Source of the DNA: Spizellomyces punctatus DAOM BR117
Taxonomy: Eukaryota
Assembly (NCBI GenBank): GCA_000182565.2
Contig: KQ257450.1
Direction: 5' to 3' (one strand)
DNA length: 64,000 bases
The notes beneath the pieces were generated by a model. That model was not told where the DNA came from. It was given only the letters and a program-made list of their open reading frames with translations, and did no database searches. A program made the position numbers and the translations under genes. Numbering within the stretch: position 1 is the first letter of the stretch; each line of letters opens with the position of its first letter. This document shows positions 24,567-36,830 of this stretch, in pieces.

Positions 24567-24918
24567 AAATGCAGATGTACACGCTTCATACCTCCATCCG
24601 TTTTGTTACTCCTACTATATCAATGTTGCACACCCGGCATACGGTTTGGAGTAGAATAACCATGTAATGAACAATAACTGGAATACACCTTTTAATATCA
24701 GTGTGGATCTATGAGTGGGTAATTAGGGGAAGACCGGCATCCATGTGTATGTCTATTGCGCTCTGACGGTCAACTACAGCAAAAGCGAGTATCAGCACCA
24801 TGATTCTGCCCTGTGGCCGAATCTCTCTCACCGCATACAGCGCTGAACCAATAGGCCTACATGAGTTACATAACTCCATATCATAGTCCTTTACAGATGC
24901 TCCCCAGCTACAAAGCAC

Positions 24919-27056
24919 TCAGGCAGTTGTCTCCGCTGTCTTCGCGCCAGTAGTTTTCTCAGCTTCGTTGCCTACCCGCTTGCCTTCACTCTCCGCGTCA
25001 TCTGGTCGACGAATTCGCACAGGTACGGATGGCGATGATTTGACATCAACAGGAATCGCCTGCCCACTTATGACAGGTCCAACTGACATTGGCATTGACA
25101 TCGCTTGTGGAATGTACATGCCGTTCGAGTAAAATGGTACGGGTGCACTAATAGCACCCATCATCGCTGGAGGAACGGATGCATTTATGGCTGAGGGGAA
25201 CATGGAAGGGGCGTAGTATAGTTGTCCTCCCGGTCCATAATATGCGAAAGCAGGTGTTGCAGAAGCCGCACTCGATCCGGGACCTTCTGGCGTCGCCGGG
25301 TTTTGCGCTTGGGGAACATATGAGTAATTTTGATACGCTTGAGGGTACATGTAATTGCTTGCATAGCCATCCGCGGGGACCATTAGCCCGTTTTCAGTCA
25401 TTAATACGATTTGCCCAGAGCTCGTCATCATAGGATGTATCGTAATGGTCGTCGGATCCGGTTGCCCCACGCTGGCCGCCGATAGCGTCGCGTATGGTAC
25501 ATTGTCCACAGCTTCCGCCGGCTGATCGTAGGGCGATGCTGATTTGGGATATGTCTTATTATATCGATTTTTAGTTGATTGTTTGTGCCGGCCTTCACTC
25601 CATGATGGATCCGATGTTGTATGGGACGAAACTGACGTGGCCACAGCAGGTTGAAATTCGGGGGCATCCACCGCCTTTTTAAGATCATTGCCGGTGTGCT
25701 TTTCTACTTTCTCAACATCATTCGCAGGCTGATCTGGGCGGGACTGAGTTCGCGACGCACCGAGATATCGTTTACTCTGACGTGGAGCTTGATCTCCTGT
25801 TTCATCCACTGCAGGTCGTCCGCCCACGCCACTGCCGACCGTGTAATAGCGTTGCGTTGGGTGTTTTGCCTTCTGACTCGCCGGTGATAGTGCCGCAGAG
25901 ATTCCATTGAGCTTCCCTCCTTCTTGATTCCGCTCCTCCGCCAGTTCTTTGCTAGCTTTGAAATCAGGTGTAGACTTCCTCTTTGTGATGGTGACTGCGT
26001 GCTCTCCTACCCTAAAGGTGGATCGCATCGTCTACGATGGAGGTCCGATTAGAATATAAGAGACAAGAGGAGTAACTCACTTGATGGATAAGTTTTACAA
26101 ACCTCACTATCACGCGGAGTCCAGCTTTTCCTATGTCGCAACTTTCCTGGATCGTTGTTTGCAAGTTCTTCGAACTTATCATGTACCCATTTCTTCTCCG
26201 TTGGATCAGCCACTGATGGATCATATACTTTACGGGGTGGAGTCATTTCTCTGTAACTATTAGATATTCCGCGAGATAGATCTGGAACTTCGACGTCTGA
26301 TTCCACTGGGGCGCGAGGTTTTGAGTTCTGTTCTGAGGGAGCAGGCAAGCGGTAACCAGGTGAACGACCAAAGGGTCGGCCGCGACCTCTGCCACAGCAA
26401 ATCAAAATTCAACTGAGAAAAAGAGCATGAAAATGGATAGGTGAAGACAATTACCTGAATCCGCCTCTCCCCCGTCCCCTTCCAGCAAACCGGTCATCAT
26501 GTAGCCAGAATTTTCCAATGCTAGGAGTAAATGATGGATCTTCGCGTAGTTTTCGGCGGTACTCGTCCATGTCTTTCTGCTTTTTTTCAAAACTCGTACC
26601 CAGCGACTGTCGCGCAGCTGCCTCCTTTCCCTTTTCCCGTCCATCTTTGGTGCCGACTTTTTGATCCGAGCGATCGTCCTCGTACTCAATCTCTTCGTCT
26701 TCGTCTCCCAGCGTAGAATTACCTGCACCCGCCATACCTGCTTTTCTTGAACCCCCTTGCTCGTCACCTTCTACCCCAAACTGTCGTTCGCTATCCAATG
26801 TCCTACGTGATTTTAGTTCCCCCTCCTTAGATGCGTCCCCATCGGACAGCGTACCCGGAGGTACCCCATTTCCTTCCGTGCCTTCCTCTTCACCCTCCTC
26901 CTCCTCCTCCTCTTCAGATTCTGTCACCGCCTCGCTCACGTCATCACTCTCGTTTCCTGAGTAGTCCTCGTCCGAACCACTCAGATCAGGACCATCGGAG
27001 CCTTCCTCTGAAAGGTCGTCAGCGTGGTTACGACGACGGGATAAAAGTCGGCTCAT
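24919..27056 (-). CDS. CASC3/Barentsz (Btz, exon-junction-complex) domain protein
   Basis: Bipartite Btz motif PSFTPSIGKFWLHDDRF ... KKWVHDKFEE with an RGG tract between, an acidic N-terminus and a Pro/Tyr-rich C-terminus. Confidence 0.85.
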
Positions 27057-27421
27057 AGTTTGCGGATTACTATCAGACGTGGATGCCGAAGTTCTCGGTC
27101 TGGGTTAAACGTTTGGCTGAAGCGCCTGCTTGGAAGTTGAATTGCGATTTTATGTCCGCCAGACAGCAGCGCTTTGCCCAAATGCCTTCTGGCATTAAAT
27201 TTATAATCAGCTGGATCATGTGATACTACTTACGTCAGCATCGGGCAGCAGCAACCGACGCATCGAATGGAGACGTATGTTTGTCCTTGGTAAGGTATCG
27301 CCCATCTGGAGTATCCTGAGGGTGTATTCTGTCGCCCGTAACCATTGAGTGTCGTCAGCGTTGTCAACAGATTTTAGGTCATTCTATATTGCCTTGTGCT
27401 TGATGAAAGCCTTATGGAAAT

Positions 27422-30400
27422 ATGGCCGCAGCAAAGGCAGTTCTAGGAATGGTCAAGGATGATGATATGCAAGATGTTGAAGAAGGAAATAGTAATGGAG
27501 CTGCTCCAACTTCCACAAAAATACATCGCCGGCCTTTACGGTTTACTATTGGCTTTAAACTTGCCCTCTTTGTCGGGATTTTGACGTTGCTCACTGTAGG
27601 TGTGTGAACACGGCTAAAAGTTTGCAATATGCTTTCTGTATATCAATCATTGCACCAAACAGGAGTCATGGCGGTGCTAGCTTGGGCTACGAGCTCCAGG
27701 CTTCTCTCCGCACAGATCAGTGAACGCATGAACACTATTGCATTACTCCGAGCGCAACATCTAACCATGTACATCGCAAACACCCTTGGAAATCTTCAAC
27801 TCATATCCAGTAGGGTTCTGATTCAGAATTACCTGAAAAGAATTGTAGAAGGGGGTAACATGACAGAATTTGAACTCGACATCGGGGAGAATGACCTCAG
27901 AAGTGCCGTGTCGAGCTACCAAGGCATGGTAATGATAGAATTTCTCTTACCCAACGGAAGTACAATCTTTCAAACAACAAGGGATGACATATCACTGGAC
28001 ACATTGGACGCCGTGCGTTATCGCCCAGGGGATTCCCTCACGAGCGGTTTCAAGCTGTACAATCCTATACGACTTCCGTCAGGGCTGTTTGTGTGGGCAT
28101 TAACCGCACCTGTAAAGTCACTTTCAAACGCGAGCATGGACCTGGGGATGGTGCACATAGTCACTGAGACGTTGGATATTGGGGATATACTTTGGGATAG
28201 AGGTGGGGTACTGACTGCAGAAAAGTGCCAACGGTAATCCTAACTATATATCGGTGATAGCTGGCTTAGGTGATACAGGACAGCTTGTTTTGGTTGCTCG
28301 CGAAATGAACGTAAGATCCTCTTGTAAACTGCTACCATATGGACCCATACTGCGAGATTGGCCTCCTTTGTTGACATATTTGCCATCGTGCAGGATGAAT
28401 ATCGCTTCGTTATGCCCCCTGAACGCCATCCAGAGGTCTTCAATACCACAAATCACCAACTATCAGAATACGAAGCATTGTCGACAGCCGTTCAGCATAA
28501 CTCTAGTGGTGTCACTACGGGGACGTCATACGACGGGACATTAGTCGTGACCAGTTACCAATTCATCCCTCATGGCAACTATATTCTTCTGGCTGAGCAG
28601 TCTTCCTCCGAGATCAATGGTCCAATTCATCGTCTTCGATTCTACCTGCTAATGGGGATCATTGCAAACTTGGTAGCCACGCTTCTCATCTCTATATTTG
28701 CCGCACAGTACATTGTCGTGCCAATCAGGAGACTAAGAACCCTAGCGTTGACGTTTAGCCGGGGAGATTTCTCAGCAAGAGCAATATGCAAAGAAGGCAC
28801 ATTTTCAGACGAGATTAGAGAGTTGAATCAAGCTTTCAACACTATGGCAGTTCAACTGAGTAGTCAATATGAGGTGCTGGAAAGGAGGGTTCAGGAGCGC
28901 ACAGAAGAGCTGGCAGCGGCAAAGCGAGAGGTAATTGCACATACTCGTCGGTAGTCGTATTAGGCTCAACGAACTCATTTGTACTTATGATACGCATTTA
29001 TTAGGCTGATGGCGCTAATGCAGCAAAGTCGGCGGTAAGTTTGAACTTGCCACCGATATCAGTATCGTGCTGCTTTACCTTACACTTTCCTCCCTACAGT
29101 TTTTGGCTGCCATAACTCATGAGTTGCGCACTCCTCTGAACGGGATTATTGGGCTCAGTGCGCTACTTGCCGAAACGTCGCTGAACGAGGACCAGAAAGA
29201 CCTGATTAGTTCTATACGAGGTACCGGACGCGTATCGCGCGAAAGACTGTCCTATAAGTTCAATACCTAATATCGTCTTAGAATGTAGCGATGGATTGTT
29301 GATCATTGTGAACGACGTACTGGATGTAAGTCACACAATGCCAGTAGAATTCCTTTACATGTGCTGAATTTGTTTATCTTCCGTCCTTTTCCTCGATTAG
29401 TTCTCAAAGGTGTGTGCAGCTTCAAGCAAGAAGGCCGTATACTCCGTTTTCGAGTGACTTTTTGGAAATTCGTTCTTCTTTGACCTTGTTCACTTCTTCA
29501 CATATTAGATAGAGGCCGGCAAACTTGAACTGGAGAGCCGCCCCTTTGACCTGCAACAGTGCATCGAGAACGCCCTATACCTTCTCAATCTCAAGGCTTC
29601 ACAGAAAGGGCTAATTCTTTCACACCGAATAGAGCCGAGCACACCAACGTTTATAATGGGCGATACTGTCCGGCTTCGGCAAATTCTCATCAACCTGGTC
29701 GGAAATTCAGTGAAATTTACGTCAGAAGGTTATGTTCTGGTAACGGTCACCGCACGCGCTAATGGAAGCAACACAGTCGAGCTGAAATTCCAAGTTGAGG
29801 ATACCGGCATTGGTATACCGTCAGAAGCGCTTGGGAGGCTTTTTCAATCGTTTTCTCAAGTTGATTCGTCGACTACGCGGCAATATGGAGGAACAGGCTT
29901 GGGGTTGGCGATTTGCAAACAGTTGGTCCAAATGGTAATGGCATCGTACATTTCTTTGACTTTGACCGTGCTTATCTCACCGGCACTGCGGTCCTCAGAT
30001 GGGTGGAACAATATGGGTTACATCTGAGCAAGGCAAAGGAAGCGTCTTCTCCTTCACTATCAGTACCAGCGTTGTTAGTTCGAACAAGATCACAAAAAAG
30101 ACGGAAGCGAAAGAAGAACTATTGCATGATTTAGCTGATAGGTATCCCATGCGACTGCTAATGGCAGAGGACAACGCAGTCAATACCAAATTGGCAACGA
30201 GGATGCTGCAGCGACTGGGATATACCGTTGACGTGGTAACAAACGGAGCGGACGCTGTCGAGGCCGTCAACAACCGTCCATACGATCTGATTTTGATGGA
30301 TATGCAAATGGCAAGTAACAGAGGGGTTACTAAATGTCGTGAGATCCCTTGGTGATTGATTGTTCTAAATTATACTCTGGCAGCCAATTATGAATGGATT

Positions 30401-30756
30401 GGACGCAACGATGCGTATTCGAGCTGACAGGAAAATCGATCCTCAGCCTATAATAATAGGTAATGCATTCCCTGGTGGATGAACTTGCGCACAGATGACA
30501 ATCTTGTCCATTAAGTTAATTACTCCTGCCAATAGCTCTGACTGCGAATGCAATGGACACTGACAGGATAAAGTGCCTGCAAGCAGGGATGGATCATCAT
30601 TTGTCGAAGCCCATCAAATTGGAGGTTCTTGCGGAGGCTTTGGAAATATGGGGTGCACGAATAGCGACTAATCGAATACGTCGCAATACGATGGCATCAC
30701 TGGAAAGGGTTTCTGAGAGTGTCCTCCAGATTAAATCTCATAATTGGTCCGTGTAA
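27422..30756 (+). CDS. Membrane-bound hybrid histidine kinase (2 TM + sensor, HAMP, HisKA, HATPase_c, receiver), Sln1/group VI-like
   Basis: HAMP (PIRRL...GDFSAR...[13 protein letters not shown]), H-box [14 protein letters not shown]-box [14 protein letters not shown]1 DTGIG, G2 GGTGLGLAI, and receiver [24 protein letters not shown]. Confidence 0.93.
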
Positions 30757-30865
30757 ATAAGGAGATACGCTGTGGTATAATTTGTATACGATGAGTTCAT
30801 AAATCGCAAAAATATACATAATGCTGAAATCATTCTCAAATCATCACTAACATACGGGTCGAGAT

Positions 30866-32685
30866 CTAAAATCGAGTGCGAGGACAAACATGGTTCAAGC
30901 GTTGCGCATGCATGATATTGTGGCTCTGCGTTCGACATTCCCTGCCATACCAACAGTCTGGCCTTGAAGCCACCACAGGCGGTAGCCTTTCAGGATCGAT
31001 GTCTTCACGGTACAAGTAGCAAATTTCGCAAAACACGCGCGTAGCGCAACCGATGCAAGCAATGGATTCTGGTGTTACTGGAGTCAATCCCAACAACTGA
31101 GGGGTGCTTCCCGGACTTCTCCTAGGAGACACTGCGGATCCTGAGGCTTGCTCACTGGGACCGCGGTCGCCCTCAGAAGCTGCCACATTGTCGCGTCTGG
31201 CATCCACCTCGTGCGCCCCACATTGGAGTATATACTGGCCCGCCCGGATACGTTGCAGTCCTATCAGCCAGAGTGCATTCACGGACGGAAGCAACTCGCC
31301 CACATACATTCTCAAGATTTCTTGCTCGTGCACGTTGTAACGGAACGCGCTAGGCGGCAATGCATGAAATTCGTACTCCTCCAGCGATTTCAAGGCCCCT
31401 TGCCCGGCAGGTGTGGAGCAGCCAGCCCCTCGAGTCGCATTGAAGTATAAATCACAGTAGGAATGTTGGCAGAAGGCGCAGCGTTGCAACGCTCGTTGTC
31501 CGTCTGTCCTGTCAGGCATCCTACTCATACACGCCATGCAAGACACGTGCACAGGATTTTGCTCTGAACATTGATATCCGTCCGATGCTCTTCCAGGTGG
31601 ACACTGTGAACATCGGCTAGGTTCCACCTCTTCATCTTCATCATTGTCATCCCACACCACCTCGCGATCATCGTCACTTTCATCATCCGATGACCACTCT
31701 CGAGATCGCCTTCGTGGTCGGACGGGTTGGTCGGACGTGTATTGATTTGAAATTTCCAACGTACGAAGGTCTTCAGGATCGCGCTGCTTTTCCGGATGAA
31801 GCCGAAGGTACGCGGCTACCAGGTTGTTAACAGTATGATTTCGCGCCACCATTGTCACCGCCCCCCGACATTGCGGACACTGACTCGATCGTTCATTCCA
31901 CTTACTATAGCAGCCACCGCAAAAGGAGTGCAGACATGGTACAAGTGAGACCACTTGGTATAGGATGTCATGACAGATGCCACTAATGATGTAAGGAAGG
32001 TAAGCGCAATAGGTAACTTTGAAAGTCGACTAAAAAAAGGTGGACGGTTGACTATCAGGTGTAGCACCAACCAAATCAAGTTCTCTTCCATGTCATCCTG
32101 TCCTGTGGCTTTCTGCCGTTTGGATTCGTGTTCGGGGTTCAAAACGTCAATATCAAGATCATCATCAGTCGGGCGTTTGACTGCTGGAACCACCGCCGCC
32201 GTTACAGCCGCGGTATCCGCATCTTGATGAAGGATTCTCACAATATACCATGGTACCCCCTCTGAAGTTTTCATAAACGAAAGTGTGTCTCCTTGCTTCA
32301 ATTGCCGCGTCTCCCCTTTCCCAAGCTTTTCACCGTTGACAAAGGTCCCATTTGTGGATAAGTCTGTAACGCAAATTCCTCCACCTTGACTATGATCAAT
32401 AAAAACTCTACAATGGTGTTTACTTATTCTCGGACAATCAAGAGTTGTGAGAGGCGAGCTCGAGTGCCGTCCAAATACAAGCTCTTGGGTTTCCGATGAC
32501 AAGGTGACGGAAGCAAACTTCGATACTTGGGATTCCAAAAGGGCTAGCGCATTCTTCTCAACAACCTCCCCAGACTCATCGTCCGATTCCACTACGAATG
32601 TGGCGTCTTTTTCCAAAGCCGATGTTGCCATCAAAGTGACAAGATCTACGAAGAGGGTGCATGGCGGATTTTGGTGATATTCCAT
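30866..32685 (-). CDS. CHFR: CHFR-like E3 ubiquitin ligase (FHA, RING, Cys-rich region, PBZ)
   Basis: FHA (FGR..ISKHHC..DLSTNGTFVNG), RING (C..C...PCLHSFCGGC...CPQCR), Cys-rich region and C-terminal PBZ (PDCWYGRECRTQSHNIMHAQRLNHVC). Start is at 32685 or 32631. Confidence 0.88.
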
Positions 32686-32863
32686 TTTCCCACTTTTGGA
32701 ATGCTTACCAAATCCGGCACTGGCTTCGAAAGCACCTATAAATCAATCAAAAATCTGCTGTTGCGTATATAATAAAAGACTTATATGGTTTACAATATGT
32801 AGGAGTTAACCTCCAAAGGGTTCCCAAGGAGCAGGTGTCGAGACCTCATTTCTTCAATTGTTA

Positions 32864-35454
32864 CTACCTTCCTTTGGCTACCATCCCTGTTTCTCGCATA
32901 TCCTCTGAGTTCACTGACGGAGAGACGTCCAAAATGACACCTCCTAATGCAGATACAGTAAGCATATGATATACTGTGAGCAACATTTGTGAAACTCCAT
33001 CCTTACCATTGGCATCGGAGCGCCCAGCTTCCGCCTGGTGATGATCATTCCCTCCGTCGTTTGTCGGTGGCAGTGATGGCATTGTATCATGTACAGTTGT
33101 GAACATGTTATCGAGTGGGGTGGGTCTTCCAGGAGATGAATTTCCAGATGAAATTGCGGCTGACTCTCCAGGAGCAGACGAAGTGGATCGAGAAATCGCA
33201 TCAGGGTCGACGCCGGTGGTTTCATCAACATCCATCATTTCACCAATTGAAGAAGGTGATCGTGCAGCAAAAACCTGCGACGGAATATTCGTCTCATGAT
33301 CGTTCTCCACACCAGGCGATCGTACTGTCTCCATTCTATCAAATCGGTTCTTCCGATCCTCATGGCTGTAATAATCACGCCGACCATCTCCTTCATCTTC
33401 CGAATCTGAGAGTTCTCCTTCAGGAACTCTGCGCTTGTCGGTCATGGATTCTGAGCCACAATTAAACATTTTAGAACAAAAAAATCTTAACGCGTAAAGC
33501 TGGCATCGTTTACTCACGGCTAATCCGCACATCAGGCGATTCTTCCACCATGAATTCATCATGGTCCAGATCTCTCGGAACCTCTAGAGACCACCCAAAC
33601 CGATTTAGAAATTGTGGAAGGAGCTTCGCGCTAGTTACTTACCTTGCACTTGAACACTTGGCGCGCATGGGACATTTCGCAGGTTGTCAACGATTTTTGC
33701 GCTATGGTAGAAAGTCAGTGACCAATTACCGTTGGCTAACCTACAGCAAATACCCACTATATTCTTTCCAAATATTCTCTCGTGTTACGGTTCTCCATGT
33801 TGTTATTAGGAACATCGAGGCGGTAATCTGGTCCGTAGTATTGAAAGTAATCGTTGAAGGGTATCTCTAATTTGTAAGGGTTTCAATAAACAGGCAGAGT
33901 AGGTACGATTCATTTACTGCCACGGACCTTCCGACAAAGTTTCGCCTACCGCAACGCCAGTTTCGTAGCACCATGCACGAGAGACGTTTCGTATTGTATA
34001 TCCTCCACCACCAAGCATCAACATTGGCACATTAAACGTTTTCATGAACTCAACCGCCATCGCATGGCCTGCATGAATGTTATCGACCTTGTCTTTGACA
34101 GTAAATATTACCACTGAGAACCAACCTTTTAGAGACAAGTTGAAGCAGCCAAGTCGGTCTCCTGCCAACGAATCTGCGCCGCACTGAAGTACCACAACAT
34201 CCGGCTGGTACCAGGACATCACATGCCGCATTACCTGGACAACCCATCCCAGTCAATACATGATGAATGTGAGTCAAACTGATAGATCGGAATTACAGGT
34301 TGAAAAATCGTTTTGTATGTTTCATCGTCAATGCCGTCCTTGAGTGGGAAATTAACTGCGTAATGTTTTCCTTTTCCGTGACCAATATCCTGTATATAAG
34401 GGATATGGTTAGGGCAACACATTGCTGTAAGTAATTGCAGATGCATTACATTTATATCGCCCGTTCCTGGAAAGTACTCCCCGTACTTGTGAAACGAGAC
34501 AGTCATTACTCGATCATTGCAGTAAAAGGCTTCCTCGACCCCATCTCCGTGATGGACATCAATATCCACGTAGAGAACTCGCTGGTGATATCTAATGAGT
34601 ACTATTTAGCGAAGTTCATACATGCCGACCGAATATGTCAGCACCGGTACCTTAGCAACTCCAGTATGGCAAGTACAATGTCATTTACATAGCAGAAGCC
34701 GGATGCCTCGCACTTTTTGGCGTGATGAAGTCCACCACCCCAATTTATAGCAATTTCAGCTTCTCCCAGATTGAGCTTCCGTGCAGCCGCTGCCAAGGGT
34801 GCAAACTTTGTTGGAATGAATTAAATAAGAACGAACTTTCAATGGGGGCACTTGCATATTGATCCTCCAGCCGACAAGGAAGAAAAGTCATAAAGGCCTT
34901 CAAAGACTGGACAATCTTCTCCGACGTTGACTGAAGCGAGACACTAGTATAAGTATTAAGCAAATCCAGAAAGACAATTATCATGTTTGATCACATTTCT
35001 GCTGCTGTTTCGTCATCTCATCCATATTGTCAGGTGTCACACGTTGCAGAAATTCAATGTATTCATCGGAATGAAATTTGGTGAGTTCTTTGAACGTGGC
35101 TGGCGACGGACGCTGTAATGTATGTAGTTGAGTATCTTGCAATATCTAAAATCACACAAGTGTACTTTACATTTATTTCAAGCTTCTTGTATAGTCCATA
35201 GTTCACAACCAAATTGTGTGTCATCCGTATTCTATGGGGCTATCAGTTGGGATAGTCAGCTTGGCGTAGATCTTTTAGCTAGCATGTAATAGATTCTCAT
35301 GAACCTTCATGGGATGTTGCGGTCCATAGTGATAGTTTCCGACCTCGGCTATCGAGAAAGATCAGCACGAACAACACAGCAAAGAAGATGCCCAGCTCAA
35401 CCTACGATGATAATAATAGGACACCTTCTGTTTACGTGTTGTTCCTGTCGCCAT
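32864..35454 (-). CDS. RPD3: Class I histone deacetylase (Rpd3/HDAC1-2)
   Basis: [82 protein letters not shown] and ELSDSEDEG tail. Confidence 0.95.
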
Positions 35455-35870
35455 GGCTCAACTATGTAGCGACAACCCTTCGCCCCAGGTTTCCGGCAGG
35501 AAATCGTAAAATCACTCGACGGGCAAATCGGAGCTCACAGCTCAATGTACGAGGTCCTGAAGATGCCTTGTATACGCAAACGGTTCTATCTTTTCACTGG
35601 TGGGCAGAAGGACAGTATATGGTAGTCTACTTGATACAGCGTGTTGGTGCGATCTCTATACTTGCAACAGCAAGAATGCTGACCAGAGGTGAACTCATCT
35701 CGGAAGCGCGCAGCACTTGATTAGTAGCCAGATTCCAGTGAGCTGGTTCAATTCAATCCGAGGCGGACAACTCTTTAAAAATGTCAACACGTATGGTATA
35801 TATATTTCACATCAGATATTATGATTCCATATTCCAGCAAACAACGGCAACATGATTGATAACAAAAGTA

Positions 35871-36626
35871 TCAGTCTGAGATATTAATATGTGATGAATA
35901 AGAATCCACGCAAATGAACTCGGCTCCAGTATGAATAAAGTACTTACCAACAACCTTCCCAACAATATTGTACTTCTTCTTGTAGTGCGCCTCCCACTTG
36001 TTTAATGTCTCCATCTCTTCGGCAGTCAGAGAAGAATAATCTGGGACGCACTCCTCAGGTTTTAGAGAACTTTTGCCAAGCGCTTGAGATGCATCTTTGC
36101 CAGCAAATACGTGATATCCCTTTCCAGGACTGTACATGTCACGATTCTTGGTGACATCGAACACTGTTCAACAACCGGTTCATGAGCAAGTGAGCAATAT
36201 AATACTTGGTAGCTTCAGCAGCTATACCTGTCCCCTTAACGGCCAAGTAAACTGGTAACTCAGCGTTAGTGCCGTCGTAACGCGCGAGTTCTGCGGCCGT
36301 GAATTCTTTGTCGCCGGGTGGTTGTGTTGGACCTGAGTCAGTAGTCATCATGCCGACAGGAGCAGACGAGGTAACGCTTTGTGGAGACTGCGGTTTCTTT
36401 GGACTACAAAAGCGATTTAGTCGCAAACGCCAACGTAATCTACAAATTTGGTGACGCACCTTTGAGGAACTTTGGACTGACCACGCGTGAGGGATTTGAC
36501 GAGCACCAGTACAATCAACCCTAGCACAGCACCTAGAACGACTGGATTCCAAGAAGAGATATCCAAGAAAGGGCCGAATGGGGTGACAACTTCGGGTGAT
36601 GCTTGCTTGTGCAAAGGTGTGGCCAT
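35871..36626 (-). CDS. Membrane-associated cytochrome b5-like heme/steroid-binding protein (Dap1/MAPR family)
   Basis: N-terminal TM helix, FTAAELARYDG, VYLAVKG/VFDVT, YSPGKGYHVFAGKDASQAL and W..HY.KKY.IVG. Confidence 0.88.
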
Positions 36627-36830
36627 TCTTCAGCTTTGTGCGTTTTTGTTGGGCTGTCCAGGCGGCTAAACTGAGGTCTGTAATTTACCTCTTTTGGGAC
36701 ACATTCCAATCATTGAATCCAACCAAACCAAGTCAAACTGCGACCTTTGTCACGGCAAAGGCCTTGGACGGCGCGAATTAACAGATTCCGATTATCCTCG
36801 TTCACAACCCAAGATAGATCAGTTTGCAAT

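Noticed and set aside
24055-24654. ORF-track entries of 120 aa and 72 aa on +
   Set aside because: They are alternative-frame or intron read-throughs overlapping the real three-exon QCR9 gene.
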